Source of the DNA: the human T2T-CHM13v2.0 reference genome, Homo sapiens
DNA: 64,000 bases
Assembly: GCA_009914755.4 (NCBI GenBank)
Contig: CP068257.2
Location: 36,672,001 to 36,736,000 of the forward strand
Reading direction: 5' to 3'
Shown piece by piece: positions 51,493 through 64,000 of this stretch (its first letter is position 1; every line of letters starts with the position of its first letter). The position numbers and the translations under genes were made by a program. The notes under the pieces are model-generated. The model saw only the letters and a list, made by a program, of their open reading frames with translations. It was not told where the DNA came from and made no database searches.

Positions 51493-54400
51493 AGGCACCA
51501 TGGCACAGATAGACAGAATGACTCAGCCAGCTATGATCAGCCATCTCAGTTCTGGCACAAGGAGCTCACAGAGTAGCTAAGGTGACAGAGAAGGAGATTC
51601 AGGTTGTGCCTGGACCTAACAGCAAGGGCTCCCTCTCATCAAGGCTGATCTAGCTTTGGCTGCTGCTGCATGTCCAACCCATCAGCAGCAGAGGCCAACA
51701 ATGACACAGAGACCTGTCTAGCCCAAGTGCGTGCCCCCTCCCAGGGGACGAGTGTCGCCAATGACTGGCTTCTGCATGGGTATGTAGGTCCAGCCCCTTT
51801 TCTTCAATTTGGGAAAACTCTGATGGATCATTCCGGTTATGGAGCTCCTGTGGAAGCAACTGAGGTCTCAGTCATAGCACCATCACAGGTCAGCTTCTCT
51901 CTCTGCCCAGTTCTGCCATCCTCACTCCCTTACATGTGTATCTCCCAAGAACACTCCCCAATAAACGTCAGCACTCAGCTCTCAGAGTCTGCTTTCAAAG
52001 GACCTATGATAAGACAGTAACCTTTCTAAAACTGATCTGAGAATGAGCCTGCATTCAGAATATACTTTCCCCACTGTAGAACACTGGTGCCCCTCATCTA
52101 CTTTAAATATTTCTGTGGCTTATTACCCTAGTTGAAATACACACCTGGCATTCTACAAAAGGAATCGAAGTATTGTCTCAAAAGACTATCTTCATAATTA
52201 ATCAAGGCCCACTGAGCCATAGGGCCTCCAGCCTTTCCCTAACTGAGGGATACTTCTGCTAATGGTGAAGCTTGGTGTTAAAAATAATGTTTAGACCTGT
52301 TTTGTGATATTCTGAATGTAGAACAGCCAAAGCCATTTAGATTAGTGTCATTTGTTCTCATAAATGTGAATAAAATGCTTTGTGGGACTATCAAATTCTT
52401 TAAAACACGTTACATAAAATGTGCAGATAATCTTAAGAGATTCCTTTTAGAGTTGGTGTGTTTCATTCAATAAACTTGTTTTATCAAATCACATAACATT
52501 TATTTAATTGTCACCAATCATTCTTTTATTTCATCATATAGAGTATTGCATATTTGTCTTATTTTTTTTTTTTTACCAAGAAATGAACTTTCTAAAACTT
52601 ATGAAAACATTTGGACGGTAGCTTACAAAAATACACAGTGATAGATAGATTTTTCCTTATTCTCTTAAGGTGTATGTGGAAAATAAAGTACAAAGATCAA
52701 TGGAGAAACTAATATCTTCCTGCCTGCCCATGTTTTCAAGCAATTAATAAATAAGAGAAAAGAAGAAGCAAAGAGACAACAAAAATATATAATGACATCC
52801 CTTCACATGGGGTGGGGGAGAAGCACCACCTCCTCTCCAACAGGATACCCACACCTTCCAGATTATCTGGGTAGACCTCAAATTCCAATACTCTGATCTG
52901 CCATCCTCAGAAGATCACGTAGGACTGTCAGATACCTTGTTCTCTTTGGGGAAAGGGTATAGAACACAGAGTCCCAGTAATCACACACCTTCTTACCCAG
53001 CCTACAATGGCTTCAGAGCACAGAGGCTGCAGTGCCCTTGGCTTCCTGACCAGGCGCTCCTGGTTGGCCTTCCCCCAGCACTTCCCAGCAGACCTGGTTC
53101 CTGGTAGTGACGCCTTTGCTTTTCTTCCAGGTCTATTTTTGTCCAGAGTCGCCAATTCCCCACCACAAGTCTCCGTTCTTTTCCCCCAAGGACCTTCATT
53201 GGTTTCCCTAAAGGGGTTTTCCCTTGCCCAATCCTGGTGCCTTTGAGTCACAGCCGGCATCCTTGCCAGGGGGCCACCAGCCCATTCTGCTAGCTGACCA
53301 ACAATCCTGTTTTTGGGTCTAAGGAAAAGTGTCTCATGTGATCATCAGAGCTTGAGCCAGAGGACATATATGGGCAGGGCTTAGACCAAGGGCCAAAGGC
53401 AACAGGCCCCAAGTGAGGGCAGAGATGTGAAGTCATAGATAGTCACTGCTGCTCCAGGCACCCACCTGGGAGAGCCTGCATTGCCCCATGAGTGACCAAG
53501 TGGTCCCATTCCTCTGGATATAGCAAAATTAAGAACCTTAGCCATGAAGAGGTCAGGAGGCTTAAAGGGACATTTCTGAAGTTGGGGCCTTTGCACTTGA
53601 AGTTATCCAAGTAGTTGAGCATTAGACGTCTTCCTCTTAAACCTTGTACGCTCTCCACCAAAAGGTTTGAAGCCTGGTAAAACTCTTGAAAAAATGCACA
53701 CCATTGTGGTAGCCATGTCTTCAATTAGCCCCTATCCATAGAGCAACATTTTAGCTCAGTGACTGCAAAGACACCCTCTCTTCTTATTTTATCCCTAATG
53801 CTTAGGTTGCTGCTGGCTAATACTTAGTATTAAATAATTTATTTAATACTAAGAAGAATTAAATAAATATTGATGGCATGAATGATCATTCTGACTTGAA
53901 AGGGCATTTATTGAACTTTTTAGTCCACCAAACACCATAAGCCCTTGATTTTTATTTCTTCTGCTCTAATTTCTCAGAGCTTGTAGATATTTCCTAGCAG
54001 GTCATCGTTGCCACCTGGGCAAGACAGGAAGGCTACCCTCATCCCACTCACTTGTTCTCCTTTTGATCATATACTCTCATGTTCGCCAATGCATCAAATT
54101 GGTGACCTTCTTCTAATCACAGACAAGTACAATAAGATTGGAAGGTGTCATGTTTTGGCAGGTGAACCTGTTTCTATAAGGATCCTGAAAAGACCAAGGT
54201 ATATTTATTACCCTCAGTTTCTTTCCTTGACTTGCTCTTTGCACTCTGATGGGCCAGCCTTGGAATATCTCCAAGAGCAGCTGTTGGCAGGTCTTTCACC
54301 CCAGGAAAAAATTATCAGCTCTGTATTACTCAAGTTGTCTCTAAAGATGTTGGTCATTAGCCACTTCACTCTCTCTCGCCTGCTTGTGAAATATGGGTTG

Positions 54401-57400
54401 GATTCCTTCTGACATGTTACATCCCCAGTTGATCTCCTAAAGCAAATAGGAATTTATGGAGACATTCAACCCAGGAGTTTATGACCTGGCTGGGAGGGAA
54501 AATCTCCTGCACAAACATCTTCTCTAATTTTTTTGTATCTTTCCCATCTCAACATTCCCACTTCCCAAAGACTCTAATGAAACAGAAGCACAGTTTTTGA
54601 TTGAGCACCCAGTCTGTCTACTATAATACTCTCTGGATCCCTTGTTACCAATATATTTATAATCCTATTTCTAACTAAGGAGTTTAGTTATAAGCTAAAC
54701 TCCAGCATTTCCTCAGGAGGTGCTGGCCTCATAAATGTCCTGCAAGCAAGGAAAGTAGATCTTCCAGGAATGGCAGGAATCACGAGAAGACTGAAGGGTC
54801 AGCTCTTTAATTGGACCACCTCAATCGTTTGGGCTGTTAAACAATATTTTTGCTCAGTCTTTCCCACATTATAGTAATTAAATAGTTCCTTCCACATCCT
54901 CAACAAAGTCAAACACAGCAGCTTCACTGGGTGAAAAAGACCACTCTTGATTTGGGTGAAAAATGTTCTTTCCCACCCGTGAGGAAGGCCAAGCAGCGAA
55001 TCCTCCCACTGCTGAGATTAGAGCAGTTATTTCTGCTAACACTGCCATCCCTTCTCTCTCCAGAACACTTTCTCTGTTATCAAGTTGAGCAAAGCAAGGA
55101 AAAAGTAAGCTGGTCAAATGTTTACTTGGTTGGTGAGCGTTGATAAAATGTTGGCCTCTGTGTGGTTCTGGATGAGACATGCACCCCCTGACCCAGCCAG
55201 CCCTGGGCTACAATGAGAACGAAGGAGCAGGTGATAGCTCTTAAACAACCAGCCAGTCCCAGGTTTTCAGCCCAGTGTTTGTTCACTTATCCCAGACGCT
55301 TGACTCACGAGGGACCGTGTTTATACTGGCTCTGTCCCAGGGTCACTTTGGTTGAGTGGTATCCATTGGTGTGGCTCCTACAGCAAAAGACCAAGTCCTG
55401 ATGCCAAGAGAGATTAGGAGTTTGCAACGGGAAAGAAGAGGAATAAACAAAAAAGAGTGGCTCCAAGTCAAGTAAGTTGCTGAGCTGACTTGAGCTTGTT
55501 TCTACTTGTGGGAAACTAAAATCAATCTCTGGTCTGGTTGAAATAATCTTCAGACTGTCTGAACACCATAGTTGGTGGCACAGATTTACAGACATCTCAG
55601 CAGATTGGAGTGCAGAAGAGCAGAGAGTAAGTGGGTTATGAGCCAGCTTAAAGCTTCACTCAATGGAAACTGGAGCCCCGTCTTTCCAGAGAGGCAAAAA
55701 ATGAATAATAATAATTGTGATGACGATGATGATGATGAGACATTAAATAAACCTCCTTGGAGCTTTTTGCTGACTTCTTCTGCTGGTGCCTGCACTTTCT
55801 GCCTCCCTAGAGGTTCCAACAAACCTTCTGACTCTAAAAGGAAACCCTTCTGAGACCAAAAGGATAGCCAATTATCTCAAGTTTTACAGCATAAATAATC
55901 TAATTGGATACTAAGAGGAGTCCAGATATTTGCACAAAAATTAAACCGTCACACAGAAGGGTGTTATACCCCTGCCTGGCCTCCTTCTTCCTAAAAGCCT
56001 GGAGAGTGAACAGACTTGAGTGTTGAACGACCCCCATTTCCTCCTGCTCTACCATGAGTGGGCACCATGGCCTCAGGCATGGGACCAACCTCTCCATATC
56101 CTCTCAGTTTGAGGAGGGAGGTGCTATCCACTGTGCCTCCCTTGATAGGAGAAATCAAGCATGCATTGAAGCCCTTGACAAAGAAAAAATTGCTGAACAG
56201 AAGCAAGGTCTGCAGGACATGGGTCCTATTGCTGCTGGGCATTTTGCAAGGATAAATATTACATAGTCACTCAGTTTGGTAGGAAGTTTGCTCACAAGAA
56301 TTGGAACTGGAGGGGCTGGAAAATAAAAACTCCAATGGAAAAGGCTAAATTCCTTTTATCTTCATTCTTTATTGTTAACTACTTAAGCCACATAATCCCC
56401 TCAGTGTCAGGTATCCCAGGCCAAGAATCCTATATACCCAGGCACATCGCCACCCCTGCACCACCAGGCCACATAATACTAGAAATTCATTCAGAAAAAC
56501 TCTTTCCAGATTGATTAATTGGTGATTGAATAAGTGAGGGAAGGAATAGGGGAAAGGGCAGAATCAGAAAATGAGAAGCGAACGCAGGAAGACAAAATTA
56601 GCGTGGCAGGTACAATGGCACCTGCCCAGATCCCCTCTCTATGGACAGATGGCCGCAGCTGCCAGGAGGGCCATTATACCCTTCAGAAGTGGCTGCAGTT
56701 GCAGAGAGATGCCTGACTAGGGCATCCCACAACTGACAGATCCAGGCAGGTGTATAAAGGTACCACTGGGTCATTTTAACCCAATGCTGAACAATGCTGC
56801 TAAGCCATTTTAGCTCCTGAGCTTCCCTGGCATCCGCTGAGGCTGTCTCCTCTGCATCACTGCTCAGCTCCCACCTCTGTCCACTCAAACTTTTCTTGTC
56901 CTCACTTCCACTGGTGTCGATCTCAAGGGCACCAAATATCCTATCCCTTAAAATCCATTAACAAATATCCTATCCCTTAAAATGCATCTCAGAATCTGCC
57001 TCCAGAGAACACGACTGTGACCACTAGGAAATGTAGCCAATGGAAATTCTCAAAGACTAAGAGGAGAATGAAGAAGGCAGGGGACACACTCATCTTCTTT
57101 GTGCTGTCATTGCCATTCCTTGTCTGGGTGTCTGCTTCAGCAAGGCACTGGAGCACAGTGACAAAGAAACATGTGTTAGGTTCCTGGGACCTCTTTCTCA
57201 CCTTAGTTTTGTCACTCACGAGCTGTGTGGTCATGGATAAGTCAATGTCTCAGGGCCTCTTTTTGCAAGTTAAGAAACAAGGACAATAATGATCCTACCT
57301 GACATTTGAGTCATCATGAGGATCTCCTACGACCGTGGATGCCAGTGTGCACGGGAGATGGTAACACCCCATCTGCTAGTGACATTTCCCCCTTCTCCAG

Positions 57401-58072
57401 CCAAAGCTTGGAAAGACAGCAGGACCTTGAAAATGGCAGCCAGAAAGGCAGCCATTTCCACCCTGAGCTTCAATCCCCAGGCTGAGGAAGTCCTTGCAGG
57501 GAGGAGTTAGCTGCTAGAAGTCATGGGAGAGGGGAGGGTACTATCTCATTAAACTCTCACCCATAGATCATATTGAACACCTGCTACCTATGTGTTAAAC
57601 TCCAGGCCAGTCCACACACATAGGGAGATGGAAATTAACTAAACCTGCAAACAAATAAAAACCTCCCACAGGGAATAAGCCAAGTAACAGGAGTTACAGA
57701 AGGCCTCCCTGAGGAAGTCACACTTGAAATGAGAACTGAGTGACGAGAAGGAGGTATGTCGACAAAGGAGGAAGGGAAGGTGATTGCAATCTGAGATGAA
57801 TATGAGTCCCAAGAAGTCCTCATGGTCAGGGGAGCAGAGAGCAGAAGGCCTGGAACACGAGGGTGAAGCTGGGAGAAGTTGGGAGGCAAGAGCTGAAAAC
57901 GGGCTGGGGAGAGGATGAGGGCCAAGTTGAGCAAGTCCTGGCAGGTCAAAGACTATTAGCTTTATCCTGAATACAACGGGGAGTTGTGGAAGGGCCTTAA
58001 GCAGCAGGCAGATGGTTATACCAGCTGCAGAGGGAAGGATGGATGGCAGGGAGGTCAGAGTGGGTAGCATTA

Positions 58073-58476
<404 letters not shown>

Positions 58477-61400
58477 TTAAAGATGAAGACATGAAAATAC
58501 ACAGAGAACAAACAAACATGATGCCAACCAAGCTGTTTGGCTGCAAAGCCATACAGGTAACTACACAATACTACATGGTGGGTAGACCAGATGGACAGCT
58601 ATTTTAGTAATCCAAATTTGAGTGACAGCAGTGGAATTGGAAAGAAGTGGATGGATTTTCAAGCGTGTAGGAGATCAAAAGAAAAGTCAGAACTCAGTTA
58701 CACTTTGGCCACAGGGATGTGGGGAGATGGTTTTTGGGAGAGTGATGGGGTGGCAGTGAGAGACACTGAGATATAGGGGTCCAGAAGAAAACCAGGGTTG
58801 CAGTATCAGGACGGACAGGAGGTCGGGGACAGCATGAGTCCACTGGGACTTGCAGAGATTTGAGATGTCCCGGTGACATATTTCGTAGTGTTGTATTCTT
58901 TTAAGGATACCTGGTTTTATCCTCCTACAATATTCTGGCTCTTTCTGTTTGACTACGATCCATCTGGAATAGTCACCTGTTTAATATAATCTGGCTCCTG
59001 TGCACACAGGAAAGGAGCCACTGTCTCCCTTAAAGTCCCCTTCCAGAAGCAAGAGTGTCCTCACCCCTCCTCAGCCCAGCACATCCTCATGCGAAATCAT
59101 CACGGGAAGCAGGACAGTCCCTGCTATGCAAGGAGAGGGCAGTTGAGCATGAGGGCTGGTTAAGAGAAGAGATTTCTGAGCCCGACTCCAAGCCCTACGA
59201 TTTATGAGTTGTGAGATTATGTCTTTGCCCAATTTATTAATCTGTCTAAACCTCAGTTTTTCTATCTGTAAAATATGGTTCTTGAGAGGCTGCAATGAGA
59301 TGATATACCTAAGAGAAAGCCCAGAGCCTGGCAGGCAATAGCCAAGCGATGGTAGCAGTTATTATCCCTAGTGGAAATCCCAGCACATGAACACTCTTGG
59401 ATTGTTGTTTGTTTCACAGCTCGAGTCTCTGGAACTGGAGGAATCCCTTCCAGTTACCTCCTGTTCTTGCTTTTCGGATGCCGGGGGCCTCTCTTGCCAG
59501 AACAGCGGTCATGAGCCATGAGGGCAGTTTCTACACATCTTCCTAGACAGGATGGCTTGGCTTATGATCTGGAAGATGTTTTGCCACTGTTCAGCCACAA
59601 GAATGGTTGTCATTTGCTCCGTTGCTTGTAAAGGAAGGCTCGTCTATGGCATTTGGTTAGTGAGAGCAGCAGTTTAGAGAATAAGGAAAGAAGTTTGTTT
59701 GAAGAGAGTCTCAGAAAGTGAAAGGTAACTGTTTTACACAGATGATGGATGAAGCGACTCCTTTTGCAATAAGCCCTTATCTTTCCTTAAAGCTTGTTCC
59801 AAGGGGGAAAGCCTATCACCTGGCCTACTGTGATTCTTGGAGTCTCCTCTGGCAAAAGAGGTGGCAGTTGTGGCTTGCCTCCATTTCGTTTTCTCTGCTG
59901 AGACCTCCAGAAAGTCAACCTGCCTCAGAAGGTGCAGGTCCCATGGGTTGTGGCCCCTCAAGGGATGGTTACAAGGCAGGCAACTGAGTCACACATTTCG
60001 TTGCTTCCCAGGACACTGGAGACTTCTCACCTTGAGGGTGGGAGAGGTCTGACGGTTTGAAGGAAAGAGGGATTCCTACATACTGCAGGTCTTGGTAGGG
60101 AAAATGTCTTTGTTTATGAAGCCTTGGCGAGCACAATCATGAGTGATTTGGGGAAGGATTTCCTGGGGAATGGAGACTCTGTGAAACAGACAGGTCTCGC
60201 CTCATTTCTCTCTAGTCCCTGGCAGCAGCTGCTCACAGGAAAGAGTGCAGGGTCTTTGCTAAGATTCACTGAGGTTCCAGCACTGCATAGAAACAAGTAG
60301 CTAAGTGTCCCAGTAATTGTCACCATCTGTACCTAAGAGAAAGGAAAACCTCACGTGTGACCATCTTTTTTTTTAAGCAATCATTTCTTGAGAGAATAAA
60401 GCAGAAAAACCTGAACTTATCCTTTTGCTTGTACTAGGAGAAAGAGAAAACGCAACAAAACACACACACCTGACCCCTAGCTAACCTTTCTCAGGATGGG
60501 GATGGGAGGGTCCTGTCTGGAATCTCAGAAGTTGGGGCTTCCTAAGGCACCCCTACACCCCCGTTTCCTGGAATCTGCTAAAAGAAAATGGAAAACTAGC
60601 CGAGATATTTGACTGAGGTTTCTTAAGAAAACATATTCTCGGTTTGGGTTGTTTTCTGAGGGGAGGGTTGGAGCGATGTGGTTTAAGTAAGAAAATTGCT
60701 CATGAACAGTGATGGAAATAGTGACTCTCTTGACTGTTCCACATGTCTCTGGCTATAGTTACAGGAAGCAAAGTGGAACAGTGTTTGCGAATTACCTGGG
60801 GAACGCGGGCAGAGTGGACAACTGATCTAAAAGGCTGGAGCCAAGAAAACATCACTGCATCAGTGATCTGGGTAATTCCATGGCTGGAGCATGTGTTTAG
60901 TTACTTAAGTGGAAGGTGGGGACGATCTTATTTCGGGAGCCTGGCTAGACTCCAAGATGAAATAAGATAACCTACTTCATCTAATTTGTTGCCCACACTC
61001 CCTAGAGACTAACGCATCTCAGGTCTCTCTGACGTCTATCCTAGTGAATCTCAAAAGATTTATTTTCATACTCTTTTAATAAGGTCAGTCAACCAAAATC
61101 TAAACTACTTGACTTGACTTTGAAAATGGTTTTAGAATCACAGTTCATAGTATAAGAGCACAAACAGTTTCCATTATCTTTGAATAAATCCAATAAATAA
61201 TATTCACAAATTCTAAGACACAGACAATTTTAGTTGTTTGACCAACAGAATCAGTTTTTCTCCGGTGTATCTTTGTGGTTAGCCTTTATGATGTCACGTT
61301 TCTGCTACCAACTATCTATTCAGGGAAAGATAAACAGAGGGCAAACAATATTTGTTTATACCTTTTGGGTTAAAGACACAAAAAATTCTGCTTAATTGCC

Positions 61401-63054
61401 TTCATCAATCAGTAGAAGATCCTAAATTCCTGGGGATCATGGAGCTCAAATGGTTAGGGTGGGCCATGTGTACACAGTCATTCATTCAATAATTCATTCA
61501 CTCTCTCAGCCAGTCAATAAGTGTTGCACATCTGCAAAGTGCCCGGCACTGGGCTAGGCTCTGGGCATTTCAAGATGAATAAGACCCCACTTCTGAATGA
61601 CGCAAAGAGCTTTCCAGCTACACAGTGGCATTTGTAATGTCACAGGCAGTCCAAGGAGGGAGTGGTTACTTCACAGAAGTCACTAGAGAAAAAGAGTATT
61701 TATGCAGGGCCTACAAGGATGGGAAAGATTTTGGCAGGGAGAAGCAGAGGGCTAAGGAGCTCTAGAAAGATGAGTTTCCAAGTATAAGCAAACTGAGGAA
61801 GCTGGAAATGAGGAAAATGGGGTGGTCAGCATGGCTGAAGCTTGGGAAATGCGGAGCGGAGTGGTGGCAAATAAGCCACTGACAAATTGCCGAGTTTCTT
61901 CGGAAGTAACGAGTGGGGCTTTTCTCTGTAGTAGCTGGGAACCAAAGAAAATGTGTGCGTGGAGGCAGAGGCAGTCAGGGATCTGATCGGAAAGTTCAGT
62001 GTGCTGTCAGGTGAGGAATGCATTACACAGGTGGGTTGGAAATACTGGGATAGGAGGCAAGAGATACAGACTTGAGCAAATGCCTGAGAGGGAAGCAGTA
62101 GGTTGCTGAGCAGGGCATTGCCGAGGGCAAGAGGAGAAGGAGGTGGCTGTGCAGAGGGGGCAGGCCACCCATCTGGACTCTGTCCTGGCCCCACTCTTGG
62201 CAGCTATGGGACCAGGTTTAAGTGGCCTCCAGTTCCTCTGGAGAGAGAGAAGGACTGGGTACAGCAGCCCCTCCCCCAAGCCTATTGAGACATCTGTAGG
62301 AAAGAGAGTTCAGCTCACTGGGAAGGAGAAGCCTTCAAGGCTGGAGAGCGCTGTGGTGATGTGGTTATCTAACTTTGCTGTGGGTCAGAATTGCCTGGGC
62401 AGCATAGCAAGCGGTCCCATCCCTGGAAACTCAGACTGGGCTGCCTTTGTAGCTGCACCACACTTTGGAAAACCCTAATCTCACATCTGGGGTGTTTTCT
62501 GATTCTCTGTTTGGAGGATTCTGAAGCTCAGAGGGGCTGGGTGGGTCCAGCCTGAAAGGGGCACATCCCATCACCTCTCTCTCCTCCACCATTCACAGGG
62601 ACGCCCAACACGATGCCCTCCGTGTCTTCATCTCTCCCTCTCCACCTCCTCAGTCCCTTTCCCTGGACTTCATGGGAGCCTGTTGAGCTCAAAAGATCCC
62701 CAAGAGCCAAGATGCAAGCCTGCAGATTTCAGGACAGCTGGTCCTGGCGCTGCTGGCTGCTCGCAAGGGCCGGGCCTCCTCATTGCCGTCACCAGCCCCC
62801 GTTGGGCCTCATCAGAGCAAGACCAGGCTCGGCTGATGCTCGGCGCTGTATTCCTTGACACCTCCATGAGGCTTGCTGCCCAGCATGTCCCAGGCTTGCT
62901 GGAAATGCTGAAGCTCAGGCTCACCTCAGACCCACGACTCAGAGTCTGTATCTTTTCCAGATCCTGGAGTGATCGCATGTGCACGTATAAATCGGAGAAG
63001 CTTTGGCTTCCATAGCCTCTGCTGGCTGTAACTAATCCTTCCTCACCCCATACT

Positions 63055-63289
63055 GAGGGAAAAGAAAGAAGGGAAGGGAGGGAAAGGAAGGGAAGAGAAA
63101 GGAGAAGGAAGGACAGGGGGAGAGAGAGAGAGAGAAAGGGAAGGAAGGAAGGCAGGAAAGGAAAGAAGGAAGGAAGGAAGGGAGGAAGGGAGGGAAGGAG
63201 AAAGAGAAAGGAAGGAAGAACAGGAGGTTAGGAGAGAGGAATGAAAGAAAGAGAATGAGAGAGGGACAGAGGGAGGGAGAGAGAATGAT
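63055..63289. repeat. Long purine/pyrimidine tract with (GGAA)n/(GAAAG)n-type degenerate repeats. It is almost pure purine on the + strand from 63055 to about 63227 (three C interruptions).
   Basis: GAGGGAAAAGAAAGAAGGGAAGGGAGGGAAAGGAAGGGAAGAGAAAGGAGAAGGAAGGACAGGGGGAGAGAGAGAGAGAGAAAGGGAAGGAAGGAAGGCAGGAAAGGAAAGAAGGAAGGAAGGAAGGGAGGAAGGGAGGGAAGGAGAAAGAGAAAGGAAGGAAGAACAGGAGG... ORF 63043-63327 (-) simply translates this as an S/L/P/F-rich repeat. Confidence 0.85.
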
Positions 63290-64000
63290 TCTGTGAGTCT
63301 CTTAACTCTGGTCCTCCTGTTACACATCTTTTCTTCTACTTTTCCTTTGTTTCACACTTAAGCTTTGAAGATGTAAAGTAGGACCAGAGGGTGAGAAATT
63401 CAAGAACCTTGAAATAAAAGACCTTTCTGTTTGCTTTTCATTTCCTAAAAAGGAAGTCCTCACTGACTGTTCCTGTAAGGGATATTAAGCTGTGTGGATT
63501 GTGAGTGATTCGTCACACAGCAATTTGGAGCAGGAAGCACATGAAACCCTAGAGCTAGCCTGCACGCAACTAATTGAAGCCCTCAATTAATCGGATTGGC
63601 TTCCACCTTCAGGAGAAAAGCAAATACTAAGAAAACAAATTAGCACCTGGAATTTAACAACTTCCCTTTTTTGGTGTGGGGGCGCATTATATTCAGAGTA
63701 CATGATAACTGATGGCTCGTCTCATAGGCACAGACATCTTTACAATCCTCTAAGGCAGAGTGGTGTGGTGGAAACGGAGTTGGCAGAGGCATCAGATCTG
63801 CCCGGGTTTCCATCCCAGCTCCAGCATGCATGGGCCATGTCGCTTGGCAAGCAGTCTCACCACTCAGAGCCTTGATTTCAGGATTAAAAAAATAATAACC
63901 TATTCAACAGAATCATGGTCGAGAAGATTAGGGGTTTGTGCAACTCCTTACCTGGTGGATACTCAACCGGAATGAGTTCTCTTTCTCAGTTCCTGCCTAC

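Noticed and set aside
55700-55760. GAT/GAC repeat (Asp-run, DDDDDDE) in ORF 55572-55853
   Set aside because: It is a short trinucleotide repeat in intergenic DNA, and the ORF has no other support.
63043-63327. 94-aa minus-strand ORF, Ser/Leu/Pro/Phe-rich
   Set aside because: It translates the polypurine (GGAA)n tract.

Overview
This window is mammalian, most likely human or hominoid, genomic DNA. It is not a prokaryotic or phage locus, and I found no operon, CRISPR array, defence system or other candidate for a novel biological system. What I can support from the sequence is the following.

- **One protein-coding feature.** A single, uninterrupted 1128-nt exon at 10695-11822 (+) encodes 375 aa. 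Both my recollection of the protein and the channel motifs visible in it identify it as the inward-rectifier K+ channel Kir4.2 (KCNJ15). Established knowledge places this gene at human 21q22.13.
- **Flanking sequence.** The exon sits in AT-rich intronic and intergenic DNA.
- **Interspersed repeats dominate the rest.**
  - At least 12 Alu elements, many retaining CpGs and therefore young.
  - A young L1PA 3' fragment with an intact 12-bp target-site duplication (TSD).
  - An old, internally deleted L1 of about 4.8 kb that carries two nested Alus.
  - About 10 ERVL-MaLR LTRs (THE1/MST-like and MLT1-like), including one near-complete LTR-int-LTR element that has a nested solo LTR with a 5-bp TSD.
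  - A hAT-type non-autonomous DNA transposon bounded by terminal inverted repeats (TIRs) and an 8-bp TSD.
  - Several microsatellites and minisatellites: (CA)n, (GATA)-like, (TA)n, (AAAT)/(GAAA)n, and a purine (GGAA)-rich tract of about 180 bp (about 235 bp including its degenerate tail).
- **Most noteworthy for follow-up.**
  - An unclassified 150-bp inverted-repeat pair with a 650-bp spacer at 14.3-15.25 kb.
  - A head-to-head young Alu pair at 16.1-16.55 kb.
  - A candidate upstream non-coding exon with strong splice signals at about 8.36-8.45 kb.
  - A strong antisense orientation bias of LTR elements relative to the + strand.
  - The long purine/pyrimidine tract at 63.06-63.29 kb.

All repeat family names and boundaries come from visual inspection and memory of consensus sequences. 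I ran no database search, so coordinates are approximate to about 5-20 bp.
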